Assembly: GCA_024640345.1 (NCBI GenBank)
Contig: JAHEFD010000001.1
Location: 18,288 to 82,287 of the forward strand
Reading direction: 5' to 3'
Length of the DNA: 64,000 nt
From: Woeseiaceae bacterium
Lineage (GTDB): Bacteria; Pseudomonadota; Gammaproteobacteria; Steroidobacterales; Woeseiaceae
Below the pieces are notes generated by a model. That model was not told the DNA's origin, ran no database searches, and was given only the letters and a program-made list of their open reading frames with translations. Numbering within the stretch: the stretch's first letter is position 1; the number at the start of each line of letters is the position of its first letter. Shown here one piece after another: positions 1 through 8,925 of this stretch. The translations under genes were made by a program, and so were the position numbers.

Positions 1-481
1 TGACGACTGTCGATCCACTCATGATGTGGTCGCCGGTAAACAACCACCGGCTCTCCTCGTGTCGATAGCAGAGATGATTCGATGCGTGCCCGGGTGTGTG
101 CACGGCGCGAAGCAGAAATTCCCCGGTTTCGAGCACGTCGCCATCGTGAAGAATACGATCAGGCTTGAAGGTTTTGTCCTGAACCCGTCCGGGTGGTGGC
201 GGCTGTCCCAGGAGTTCTGCGCCGGTGGCCGCTGCAAGTTTGCTCGCGCCGGGCGAGTGGTCCGGGTGTGTATGTGTGACCAGTATCCACCGGATCGGAC
301 CGGTCGCGCACTGCTGAATCGCATCAATATGTTTGCCGCTGGCCGGGCCCGGGTCCAGTACGGCGATTTCCGCGGTCCCGATCAAATACGTGTTCGTTCC
401 TGGCCCGGTCATCATGCCGGCATTCGGTGCGAGCAGTCGCACTATCCCGGCACCGATCTGTTCCGCAGCGCCCGTAATCAT
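1..481 (-). CDS. MBL-fold metallo-hydrolase, N-terminal part only (3' end runs off the window start)
   Basis: Manual reverse translation from ATG at 481 gives MITGAAEQIGAGIVRLLAPNAGMMTGPGTNTYLIGT...WILVTHTHPDHSPGAS...HTPGHASNH. It has the HxHxDH zinc motif. It is absent from the ORF track because it is open at the window edge. ATGA overlap with the upstream Nudix stop. Confidence 0.75.
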   Translation of the reverse strand, partial: MITGAAEQIGAGIVRLLAPNAGMMTGPGTNTYLIGTAEIAVLDPGPASGKHIDAIQQCATGPIRWILVTHTHPDHSPGASKLAAATGAELLGQPPPPGRVQDKTFKPDRILHDGDVLETGEFLLRAVHTPGHASNHLCYRHEESRWLFTGDHIMSGSTVV

Positions 482-1245
482 ATCGACAGGCCCCGCCGGG
501 TTAATCCGTCCAGCGAATCGAGACGATTCAGTCCAATTCCCGCTTCCTGCTCTTTCAGGGCCCAGGCGAACAGGTCGGGTATTGAGTCGAACCGTCGCAG
601 TCGCTCGAGTGTCTTTATTGTCGGGTAGGGCATTTCGATGTGACCGGCATTCACCTGCTCAAGCGCTTCTGCTGCGCTCAACCAGCGACTGTCGGTGGTT
701 TCGAAGCCGTCGTGGCAGGCGCTCTGGCCCTCCGGCAATTCAGCCGCAAAAAATCGCGTAGACCAGCGCTTTGGCAATTCGTGCGGCGTCTCCCAATGGG
801 CGAAGTAATGAAGCACGTCAAAAGACATACGCAATCCCTGGGTCTTCAGGAATTCGGACCACGGCAAGAGACCTTTATCGACTTTGTATCGAAGTGCTTC
901 GTACTCTGGTTTATCGCACGCCCATTCGCCAGTCTCGTTGCGCGCGAGAAGTACGCCGGTCTCTTCGAATAACTCCCGGATACCGGCGCTGAAATACTCG
1001 AGTGCACCGTGTGTGATTCCAAGCGCCCTGTTCGCCTGGTCGGACGTGGTTCCGATCGCATACTGGCGAGCAGCGACCTCGTCGGCGTCGACGACTCCTC
1101 CCGGGAAGGCATAGGTTTCCCCGAAAGCATCTCCGGCGCGTCGCTTGACCAGCAACATTTCAGGCTGCGGAACCGCGTTTCTCAATACGACAATCGTTGA
1201 CGAGGGCCTGGCGGGCGCTGCGCGTGACTTCCCGAGATTACTCAT
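478..1245 (-). CDS. NUDIX hydrolase
   Basis: Nudix-box-like GGVVDADE...IRELFEETGV. 4-nt ATGA overlaps with both the upstream (1242) and downstream (481) genes. Confidence 0.75.
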   Translation of the reverse strand: MSNLGKSRAAPARPSSTIVVLRNAVPQPEMLLVKRRAGDAFGETYAFPGGVVDADEVAARQYAIGTTSDQANRALGITHGALEYFSAGIRELFEETGVLLARNETGEWACDKPEYEALRYKVDKGLLPWSEFLKTQGLRMSFDVLHYFAHWETPHELPKRWSTRFFAAELPEGQSACHDGFETTDSRWLSAAEALEQVNAGHIEMPYPTIKTLERLRRFDSIPDLFAWALKEQEAGIGLNRLDSLDGLTRRGLSI

Positions 1246-3413
1246 CTGGGCAGCTCTTCATCTTTGAGCGGCGGCGTTGGCACGTAGTGTGCCGGCCTCG
1301 GGCCGCCGGATGCCACCCGGGCCTTTGCTTGGTCCGGGGTCTCGAGAAGTTCGGCCGCGGCGATCGCTTCCTTGCGATTCGGAAAGACCGGTATTCCGTA
1401 ACTGTTGGGTGGCGGCATTACGTTTGCGTTGTAGTAGGCAATTTTTTGCGTTGCGGGATCTATTTTTCGATCAAGGTCGAGATCGCGTTCGTTGACGCCT
1501 TTCCGCGGTGTCACGCAAATGCCATCGACGATTTCGAGATCCAGCCACCACTTTTTGGCGGGATTGCGCACGCCATGGCCCAACAGGTCGTCGAGCCGGG
1601 TCGCGACAGGGATCAGTAATGGCTTAAGCCACCGGGCATTGATGCCGAGCCAGCTTGCGACCTGTGTAGCGATCGGACCATCCCACGTGACGACCTTGTT
1701 CAACGGGCAGGTCTTCATGCAGCGGCCACAGGCCAGGCCGCGCTGATTGGTTATTCGGTAGCGCGCGCATCGCTCCGCGTCGAGCTTCCACATTTCATAA
1801 CCATTGAACATCACCTTGTCGCCCCAGGTGATCGCATCGCAGGGACACTCACGAGCGCACTTCAGGCAGCCCGAGCAAAACTCCTGCAGGCCGAAGTCAA
1901 TCGGCTTGTCGGGAACGAGGGGCATATCCGTTGTCAGCACAACCGATTTAAATCTCGGGCCGACGAAAGGGTTGAGGACGAGCTCTCCGATGCGGCTCAG
2001 TTCGCCAAGTCCCGCGAGCAGGATCAATGGCAATTGCAGAACCTCGGAATCGGCGTTCGTCTGTGGCCTGGAGTCAAATCCGAGAGCGCGAAGGTGTTCT
2101 GCCATAATGCCTGCGATTATGGCACCGCGCATGTAGGCTCGCATCGATTGCGCTCCCGATATGAAATCATCTCCCGACGCACCCTCCATCGTGTCGTATT
2201 CCTGGTCAATGAGCATGACGACGGCGTATTTGTGATGGCACTCGACGGGCCGGCCATTATCTACATGCGAATACCAGGCATAGTCCGGAATCTCGCAGAC
2301 GCCAGTGAGTTCCGCGCCGAGGAGATACGAAAGCGACTTCAGTGCTCGCGTGTTTTCCGCTGCATCAGAGCAGCTGGCGGAGCGATTTTCCGCGACAGGT
2401 CCATCCTGGTGCGGAACCATGGCGCCAATCTGGTTGGTCATTGCCTTTGCCAGCGGATGCTTGAATGAAAAGCGGGTTCGTTCGCGCTGTGCTTTGGGTC
2501 CGAGGTCTCCGTGAATCGGCCGCTCGAAAAAGGATGCTCGCTTCGGGACCCTCGGAACCTCGTCATCTATTATCAACGTAGTCGGTCGATCCACGCGTTC
2601 GACGGACTCCATGGCAAACTTGCTCATGTGTGTCGGGCGCTTTGACTGCCGCCAGCGCTCGAGGCCCGACGTTGCGCCGCCAACGCCCAGCCAGTAAGCC
2701 AGGTTCCTCGCGCCTGCCTCCACACCTCGCGCCAACGGCGTGTCGGTTTCGATGCCGTAATCGGTCGTCACAATCGCGAATTCGTAATGTTCCCCCAGGT
2801 AGGGATTCACTATCCTGTCGCCTTTCCGGACGCAGAGTCCGGACATGACAGAAAGACGATCTGCATCGACGTCACCGTGCAGCTCGTCATGTGCTACCGC
2901 TGAAAACCCCATCAGTTGAATATGATTCGCGACACTGATCGCTATTTCGTAAGCGCGAAAGGAAGCTGCCTGCGGTATACAGTCCTCGACCCACGAGTTG
3001 GCCAGTGAACCGTTTTCGGGTGAGCGGCCGTGTTCAACCAGGACAACGATAGCGTGACTATGCTGAAGTGGCGTGGTGTCGACGTACCAACACGATTCCC
3101 CGAGTGAGCATATACCTACCTGGCTTGCATTGAGAAAATAGGCGGAGCCCTTGATGTCGACCATGCGACGATGGAGGTCATCCGGAACGGGCGCTTTGAC
3201 CGCAACCGGCTCGTCATCGCGCAATGCATGAAAGATCCGGTGGTACTTATCGAGCGCGGCGGAAAATCCACTGGATGCAGGCGTAATTCGATTCGGTCGC
3301 GCACTGCGAGGCAATGCAGTTTCGCGCTCCAGCAGAGCGGCATCCCTGGCAAGCCTTTCCAGTGGGTAGGGGCCCAGGTAATAGGGTCGTGACTTGTTCG
3401 AAAAGAAGATCAT
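1242..3413 (-). CDS. Reductive dehalogenase-like protein (long soluble RdhA type) with two [4Fe-4S] motifs
   Basis: 723 aa with no Tat or signal peptide. C-terminal CSGCLKCARECPC (CxxCxxCxxxCP) plus CARY..x..CGRCMKTCP, the two-cluster pattern typical of RdhA. Size and architecture resemble the aerobic self-contained RdhA class. Confidence 0.55.
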   Translation of the reverse strand: MIFFSNKSRPYYLGPYPLERLARDAALLERETALPRSARPNRITPASSGFSAALDKYHRIFHALRDDEPVAVKAPVPDDLHRRMVDIKGSAYFLNASQVGICSLGESCWYVDTTPLQHSHAIVVLVEHGRSPENGSLANSWVEDCIPQAASFRAYEIAISVANHIQLMGFSAVAHDELHGDVDADRLSVMSGLCVRKGDRIVNPYLGEHYEFAIVTTDYGIETDTPLARGVEAGARNLAYWLGVGGATSGLERWRQSKRPTHMSKFAMESVERVDRPTTLIIDDEVPRVPKRASFFERPIHGDLGPKAQRERTRFSFKHPLAKAMTNQIGAMVPHQDGPVAENRSASCSDAAENTRALKSLSYLLGAELTGVCEIPDYAWYSHVDNGRPVECHHKYAVVMLIDQEYDTMEGASGDDFISGAQSMRAYMRGAIIAGIMAEHLRALGFDSRPQTNADSEVLQLPLILLAGLGELSRIGELVLNPFVGPRFKSVVLTTDMPLVPDKPIDFGLQEFCSGCLKCARECPCDAITWGDKVMFNGYEMWKLDAERCARYRITNQRGLACGRCMKTCPLNKVVTWDGPIATQVASWLGINARWLKPLLIPVATRLDDLLGHGVRNPAKKWWLDLEIVDGICVTPRKGVNERDLDLDRKIDPATQKIAYYNANVMPPPNSYGIPVFPNRKEAIAAAELLETPDQAKARVASGGPRPAHYVPTPPLKDEELPR

Positions 3414-3560
3414 GCAGGGTTTCCGGATTGTAGGGTCAGATCGTTACTCTACCGGAGCGATTGCTCGAGGCAATGTAATGTTTCGCTCGCTGTGCAAGGC
3501 TTCCGGCCCTGATGGATGGCAAAAATGGACTCGAGATCGCGGCATTCGGTTCCGCTCGCG

Positions 3561-4451
3561 TTATGGAGAGCGGCCCTGTTGTCCCCGGATAAACACAGCG
3601 ATGCTGCTGCCGGTCGTCATCCAGACGCCCTCGTGGCCTTTCATCCAGCCGATGAATTCGTCGAGCATTCGTAGCCTGGCCGGGCGCCCGATAATCTGCG
3701 GATGCATCGTCAGGTTCAGGTAGCCATTATTGTCGTAGGCCGCGCTAAATTCTTCCTGCCAGATGGCTTCGACCGATGCCGCCGAGTGAATCGTCTTGTT
3801 CCAGGAATCTTCGTCGAACCAGAAATAGGGTGCGTCGTCGAGTACCCAGGAAACCGGCAATTCGATAAGTCCCGGCGGATTGTCATGAACGTAGGGCTCG
3901 TCCGCATCCATTAGATTGCTTGAATAGAGAAAGCCTGACCTGGCGGCGAGCTTCAGTGTCTCATTGCTGAATGCCCAGGACGGGGCGCGGTATCCGACCG
4001 GCCGTTTGCCGCTGATTTGGCCCAGCACGCGTACGCTTTCTGCGAATGTCGCCGCTTCCTGTTCGCGGGTCAACTGCAGCGGTGAGATGTGTTTTACGCC
4101 ATGCGCACCGATTTCGTGGCCGGCACCGGCTATTTGGCGGACGGCACCCGGGTATTGTTCTGCGACCCAGGACGGAATGAAAAACGTCGCCCTGACATTG
4201 TGTTTTTCCAAAACGGCAAGGATTTTGGGCACTGCCACATTAGGCCCGTAACGTCCGTGTGAAATCGAACTCGGATTGCCGGTCATCGCATCGACATCGT
4301 TCCACCAGACGGTTTCGGCGTCCAGGTCAAACGTTAATGTCACCGCGATTTTCGCCCCGTCCGGCCACTCGGCGGTATTTGCGGCCAGCGGAAACAATCC
4401 GGCAAGCATAAAGAGCAGCCGCACAGGCCATTGGTGTATCCGGGCAGTCAT
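3561..4451 (-). CDS. Polysaccharide deacetylase (NodB/CE4 family), secreted
   Basis: Signal peptide MTARIHQWPVRLLFMLAGLFPLAANTA. TFDLD and HEIGAHGVKH motifs of the NodB domain. Confidence 0.8.
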   Translation of the reverse strand: MTARIHQWPVRLLFMLAGLFPLAANTAEWPDGAKIAVTLTFDLDAETVWWNDVDAMTGNPSSISHGRYGPNVAVPKILAVLEKHNVRATFFIPSWVAEQYPGAVRQIAGAGHEIGAHGVKHISPLQLTREQEAATFAESVRVLGQISGKRPVGYRAPSWAFSNETLKLAARSGFLYSSNLMDADEPYVHDNPPGLIELPVSWVLDDAPYFWFDEDSWNKTIHSAASVEAIWQEEFSAAYDNNGYLNLTMHPQIIGRPARLRMLDEFIGWMKGHEGVWMTTGSSIAVFIRGQQGRSP

Positions 4452-4580
4452 GATCGTTACGCCGCAGTTGACGGAGCTCCCAGTATATTCGCTCCGGTGG
4501 CAAACCGCATGCTTCGACGGACTGGCGCCAGACCTGGCGATCGACAGTGACGATTCTGCCGGGTCAAAAAACGGATAGGA

Positions 4581-4682
4581 TCAGACGGTTGCCCACGCCA
4601 CAAAAATGGCCACGCCCAGCGATGCGACAAATAACGCACCGCAGAATATTTCCAGTAAGTAGTCCTGATTATGGTCTTTCAT
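4581..4682 (-). CDS. Possible 33-aa single-TM membrane peptide
   Basis: Internal ATG of ORF 4581..4820 gives MKDHNQDYLLEIFCGALFVASLGVAIFVAWATV. Purine-rich AAGGGGG lies about 10 nt upstream. The longer 79-aa version is Arg/Gly-rich and looks non-coding. Confidence 0.3.
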   Translation of the reverse strand: MKDHNQDYLLEIFCGALFVASLGVAIFVAWATV

Positions 4683-5161
4683 GAACTTGAACCCCCTTCT
4701 TATTATTGTCAAACCGTGTTTCGCCGTTCGTTTGATACCGGTCGAGGTGACAGCTTGTTTTCTTATTGGCGCACCGCGTCGATAGCCACTTTGGTATGAC
4801 CCGCGCGTGGGGGCAACCATCGATCCGGGACAAAATGCGCCTCTATGTCTACTGACACGTTATTCCCCGCCCAATGGTTCCACTGCAGTCGCGGTCTTTG
4901 CCGGTAAATGACTGGTCAATCGAAGATGACCAGCGCAGGTTCGATCGTTCCGGGGATGTCGTCGGCCGGATTCGCAGCTGGCATCCGAAAAAAACGGATA
5001 CTTGTCCGAAGTATCGGCGCATCCTTCAGTTCATCAGAACAATATCGGTCAATTATCAGTTATTTCGCTCGCGCGGCTTGCAGAATCCGGTTTCGTAGAG
5101 AGCGCCGGCAGCTGTGACGGACATTTGCCAGGTTATCGGATTGACTGTAGGAGACGCGTAT

Positions 5162-5728
5162 ATGAAGAAGCTTACTCAATGGGCCCTGTTGGTCCCCCTG
5201 TTTTTCGGGCAGGCGTTTGCGGATGAGACGACCGAAAAGTCCGATCACTGGGCTATTACTTTTCAGTACCTGCCGAACAGCGACTATGAAACCGTTATCG
5301 GAATGGGCGTGTACACCTTCAAAAGGTTCTCGCCGGGCTTTTATTTCAGCGGGCAGGTAACCACGGCCACGACGTCCGAAAGAGGTGACTTTTACCAGAA
5401 TCTTTCGCCGGCAAGTTTTGGCCACGCCATCACGGACAAAATTTCAGACTTCGCAACCGTCAATGCAGGCGGGACGTACTTCCTTGGCGATCGCCTGGGC
5501 CTGTATCTCGGTATAGGTTATGCCTCGATTACCGGTTATGCCGAATTGTTTGACCCCCAGCGTATCCTGGACGGTGACGGTGACTACCTTGTACCTGATT
5601 CCGTTGTTGATGATGACGGCGTAAACCTGAACAGTGGACTGCTGATGTCATTTGGCAACCTGTCTGTCGAACTCGGGTATCACTCTTTCATCCAGCAAGG
5701 GTATGTCGGCATCGGCGTCAGTTTTTAG
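5162..5728 (+). CDS. Small outer-membrane beta-barrel-like protein (hypothetical)
   Basis: ATG at 5162 preceded by GGAG. Signal peptide MKKLTQWALLVPLFFGQAFA. Alternating Gly/aromatic strands and a C-terminal ...GYVGIGVSF ending in Phe, as in OMP barrels. Confidence 0.5.
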   Translation: MKKLTQWALLVPLFFGQAFADETTEKSDHWAITFQYLPNSDYETVIGMGVYTFKRFSPGFYFSGQVTTATTSERGDFYQNLSPASFGHAITDKISDFATVNAGGTYFLGDRLGLYLGIGYASITGYAELFDPQRILDGDGDYLVPDSVVDDDGVNLNSGLLMSFGNLSVELGYHSFIQQGYVGIGVSF

Positions 5729-5746
5729 CGGCTCCCGAAAAGAGTG

Positions 5747-5766
5747 GATCAGGGCCGGCCCTGATC
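5747..5766. terminator. Perfect 20-nt palindrome between convergent genes (putative bidirectional terminator or attenuating hairpin)
   Basis: GATCAGGGCCGGCCCTGATC lies between the stop at 5728 (+) and the stop at 5785 (-). There are no clear U-tracts. Confidence 0.35.
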
Positions 5767-5784
5767 TAGAAGCCTTTCCGCCCT

Positions 5785-8109
5785 CTAGTTGCGCAGCGGG
5801 GCGCCGAACGAGAGCATATGTTCGATGCGCGCTCTGGTTTGTGGTGTCCGGGCAAGCGTGGTAAATGCCAGGCGTTCGAGATCGAACAAATCCTGTTCGC
5901 TCATTTCGGTGCCGGCATCGACGTCTCCGCCGGTAACGATCATGGCGATCTGGCTACCCGTCGTCACGTCGTGCGGTGTCAGGTATCCCTTCGCATGAGC
6001 CCTCTCCAGCCACTCGATCATCTCCTTCCACACGGCTCTGCCTGCCATCTTCAGTGAGCCGCGCCTGGCCGAAGCGTACGCAGGCACCATCGCAAGCGCA
6101 GCATCAACTGCGGTTTGAAGGAGCCGGTCACGGTTCATGATGTACTCGTCGACGCCCTTACGGAACATACCCATCGGTTCAGCCTCGAGCGGAGATTTCG
6201 CGGTCTTGCCGTAGCCGATATTCATGAATGCCTCCCATGCTCCCCTGGTCGTGTCGCCATTAAGGTCAGACGCGCGGTACAGCATTTCCTTGACGCCACC
6301 ACCGCCAGGCACGACCCCGACCAGGGTTTCCACCAGGCCGGTAACCGAATTGGCATGAAAAATTACCTTGTCGGAATGCAGCACAACTTCGAAACCGCCG
6401 CCGAGCGAAAGGCCGGATGGCGCGGCGACAACCGGAATCGGTGCGTGTTTCAGGGATAAAACTGTCTGTTGAAAATGTGCGAGAAACTGGTCGACTCCAT
6501 CCATATCATCGCGAACAATAAACTCAAGCACGCTTTCAAGATTAACGCCGCAGGAAAAGTGCTGCGCGTCGTTGTGAATGATCAGCGCTTTGCAGTTATC
6601 GCTTGCGTGGATGACAGCTTCGGCGATCAGGTGCATCGATTCGCCATCCAGTGTGTTCGCCTTCGAATGAAATTCGACCAGGCCGACGTTGCTTTCCAGT
6701 ACGAAGTAGCTGGCAACGTCGTTTTCCAGCGTGGGCTTTAGCTTACGTCGTTCTTCGCTGAATCGAATGACGCCGGGCGCGCGCTTTAACTCTCGATAGC
6801 TTCCGTCAGGCTGTAAAAACTCAAGTCGGCCGTTGTCCACACGATAGAAAGTGACTCCCCTGGCTGTTTCGAGAAATACCGGTACTGTCCTGCCTTCACT
6901 TTCCAGGCGGGCAATAAACCGATCCACACCGATTGAATCGAGCATCTCGAAGGGGCCCTGGATCCAGTTGTAGCCAAGCTTCATCGCGTCATCAATGGCA
7001 ACAAGGGACTCATTGACCTCTGGAACCAGCCCTGCTGCATAACAAAGCGTGTTGGATACGATTTCCCAGGCGTACTGCCCCAGCTTCCCGCCGTCTTCCA
7101 GCAGTACGGTGAAATCTGCGGCAGCTTCGGCCCTGGCTGCAATTGCCGGCTTGTCGGAACTGTAATCCCTGTAGTCAAAACCGGAGAAATTGAGTGTCTG
7201 TCGGCTGGTGCTGTCTCCCGGGTCTTTCAGGCGGTAGAAACCGCCTTTCCTGCTCTTGTTGCCGGTGTAGCCTTCGTCGATCATTCGCGTCATCAGGGGG
7301 ATATCGGCAGAGACCCGGTGAAACGCATCGTTCTCCGGAAGTATGGAAACCAGGCTTCTCGCAACATCGCTCATCAGGTCGATGCCGATCAGGTCATAAA
7401 GGCCGAAAACGCCGGTCTTCGGAATTCCCATCGGCCTGCCGAAAACAGCATCGGCCTCCTCTGGCTTGAGTTCCAGTCGAAAGGCTGCGTGTAGTGCGGT
7501 TTGAATTGCGAATACGCCGACACGATTGCCGAGAAATCCCGGAGTATCGTTACAGAGCACGATGCCCTTGCCCATGCGCTCGTCATTAAACTTTTCAAGA
7601 CAGTCGATGACGTCCTGGCGAGTGTCCGTTCCCCGCACGATTTCCAGTAAACGCATGAAGCGGACCGGATTGAAGAAATGCGTTATCGCAAACTCGGCGC
7701 GAAAACTCGCGGGCATTTCTTCAACGAGCAGGGAAATAGGGATCGTCGATGTATTTGACGATACGATCGACCCACCTTTGCGCACGGCGTCGATTTTTTT
7801 GTACAACGCTTTCTTTATATCGAGTCGTTCTACAACAGCCTCGGCGATCCAGTCGGCACCGGCAAGTTTGTCCAGATCATCCTCGATGTTGCCGATCGTT
7901 ATGCGCTTCAAATAATCTTCATGAAGCAAGCCAGGCTGGTTGGGGTCAAGCAACCTTTCTATCGCTCGCTCACAGACCGCATTGCGGTTCTCGCCGTCCG
8001 ACGGCAGGTCAAGCAGGAGGACATCAACGCCGGCATTTGCAAGCTGGCCTGCGATGCCAAGCCCCATGGTGCCCGCGCCTATAACGGCGGCTTTATTAAT
8101 CTCGTACAT
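5785..8109 (-). CDS. 3-hydroxyacyl-CoA dehydrogenase / enoyl-CoA hydratase fusion (FadN-like domain order)
   Basis: N-terminal Rossmann motif VIGAGTMGLGIAGQLANAG plus HADH core. C-terminal crotonase-like region (APSGLSLGGGFEV). 774 aa. Confidence 0.85.
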   Translation of the reverse strand: MYEINKAAVIGAGTMGLGIAGQLANAGVDVLLLDLPSDGENRNAVCERAIERLLDPNQPGLLHEDYLKRITIGNIEDDLDKLAGADWIAEAVVERLDIKKALYKKIDAVRKGGSIVSSNTSTIPISLLVEEMPASFRAEFAITHFFNPVRFMRLLEIVRGTDTRQDVIDCLEKFNDERMGKGIVLCNDTPGFLGNRVGVFAIQTALHAAFRLELKPEEADAVFGRPMGIPKTGVFGLYDLIGIDLMSDVARSLVSILPENDAFHRVSADIPLMTRMIDEGYTGNKSRKGGFYRLKDPGDSTSRQTLNFSGFDYRDYSSDKPAIAARAEAAADFTVLLEDGGKLGQYAWEIVSNTLCYAAGLVPEVNESLVAIDDAMKLGYNWIQGPFEMLDSIGVDRFIARLESEGRTVPVFLETARGVTFYRVDNGRLEFLQPDGSYRELKRAPGVIRFSEERRKLKPTLENDVASYFVLESNVGLVEFHSKANTLDGESMHLIAEAVIHASDNCKALIIHNDAQHFSCGVNLESVLEFIVRDDMDGVDQFLAHFQQTVLSLKHAPIPVVAAPSGLSLGGGFEVVLHSDKVIFHANSVTGLVETLVGVVPGGGGVKEMLYRASDLNGDTTRGAWEAFMNIGYGKTAKSPLEAEPMGMFRKGVDEYIMNRDRLLQTAVDAALAMVPAYASARRGSLKMAGRAVWKEMIEWLERAHAKGYLTPHDVTTGSQIAMIVTGGDVDAGTEMSEQDLFDLERLAFTTLARTPQTRARIEHMLSFGAPLRN

Positions 8110-8113
8110 CAGG

Positions 8114-8923
8114 TCAGCCCGACGGGTTGTTACTGAAAATGAAATTCCTGAGCAGGAGGCGACTCTCGTCCGGTGCTTCCTGCGGGATCATGTGGCCGCT
8201 TTCCTGAATTATGTGCAGCTCCGGATTGTGCAGGTGCTCAACCAGTTCCATGCCTGCCTTGCGCGGAGCCATTCGATCCTTGCCGGCGAGAATGACCTGC
8301 ACCGGGCAGTCAATGGCGGCCGCCGCTGTTTTCCCGTTACTGTAGGCATTGCATGCCTTGAGGTCCGCGGCGAGCGCACCCGGCACATTGGAACGCATGA
8401 TCTTGCGCCCGGCGGCAACCATCGAGTTGCCTGGTACCGGACCCTGGTGCAGATGACCAGCGGAGCCGAAACCCCAACCGACCATCATTGCTATTGCCGC
8501 TTCAGGATTATTCTCTGCGGCATCAATCAGGGCGGAGTTGACCGGTGTTGCCAGGCCGCTGGCGACGAAGGAAACGCTTTTCACCCTGTCTTTGAAACGT
8601 GACGCGAACTCCAGCGCGACAAGGCATCCCTGCGAGTGTGCGACAATCGAAATGTCCCTGGCGCAAAGCGATTCAACTGCATCGTTCAACCAGTCGGCCA
8701 TCGATTCGATCGATGTCAGCGGGGGACCCTCCGAGTGGGTATGACCCGGAAAGTCCGGTACCAGCACGCTGTATTTTCTGAAAGCAAAAAACCGCGAATG
8801 CAGGCCCCAAAACGTGTGGTCCAGCCCGCTGCCGTGCAGGAAGATAACGGTCGGTAGTGAGTTATCGAACTTCTTACCGCCGGTCGTTGCGAAGATGCGC
8901 TTTCCGTTAACGTCGAAATACAT
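8114..8923 (-). CDS. Alpha/beta-fold hydrolase
   Basis: FLHGSGLDH oxyanion region and nucleophile elbow AHSQGC. 2-nt gap to metY upstream and 4-nt gap to the downstream gene. Confidence 0.75.
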   Translation of the reverse strand: MYFDVNGKRIFATTGGKKFDNSLPTVIFLHGSGLDHTFWGLHSRFFAFRKYSVLVPDFPGHTHSEGPPLTSIESMADWLNDAVESLCARDISIVAHSQGCLVALEFASRFKDRVKSVSFVASGLATPVNSALIDAAENNPEAAIAMMVGWGFGSAGHLHQGPVPGNSMVAAGRKIMRSNVPGALAADLKACNAYSNGKTAAAAIDCPVQVILAGKDRMAPRKAGMELVEHLHNPELHIIQESGHMIPQEAPDESRLLLRNFIFSNNPSG

Positions 8924-8925
8924 GA

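Noticed and set aside
26-761. Plus-strand ORFs 26..628 (200 aa) and 333..761 (142 aa) at the window start
   Set aside because: They are Arg/Pro/Gly-rich with no motifs. They lie antisense to a clear MBL-fold hydrolase (HTHPDH) and the Nudix gene, so they are shadow ORFs in GC-rich DNA.
5060-5425. 121-aa minus-strand ORF overlapping the start of the OM-barrel gene
   Set aside because: It is a very Arg/Lys-rich antisense translation. The plus-strand gene has a signal peptide and an OMP-like C-terminus. It was only noted because an orphan terminator-like hairpin lies downstream of it.
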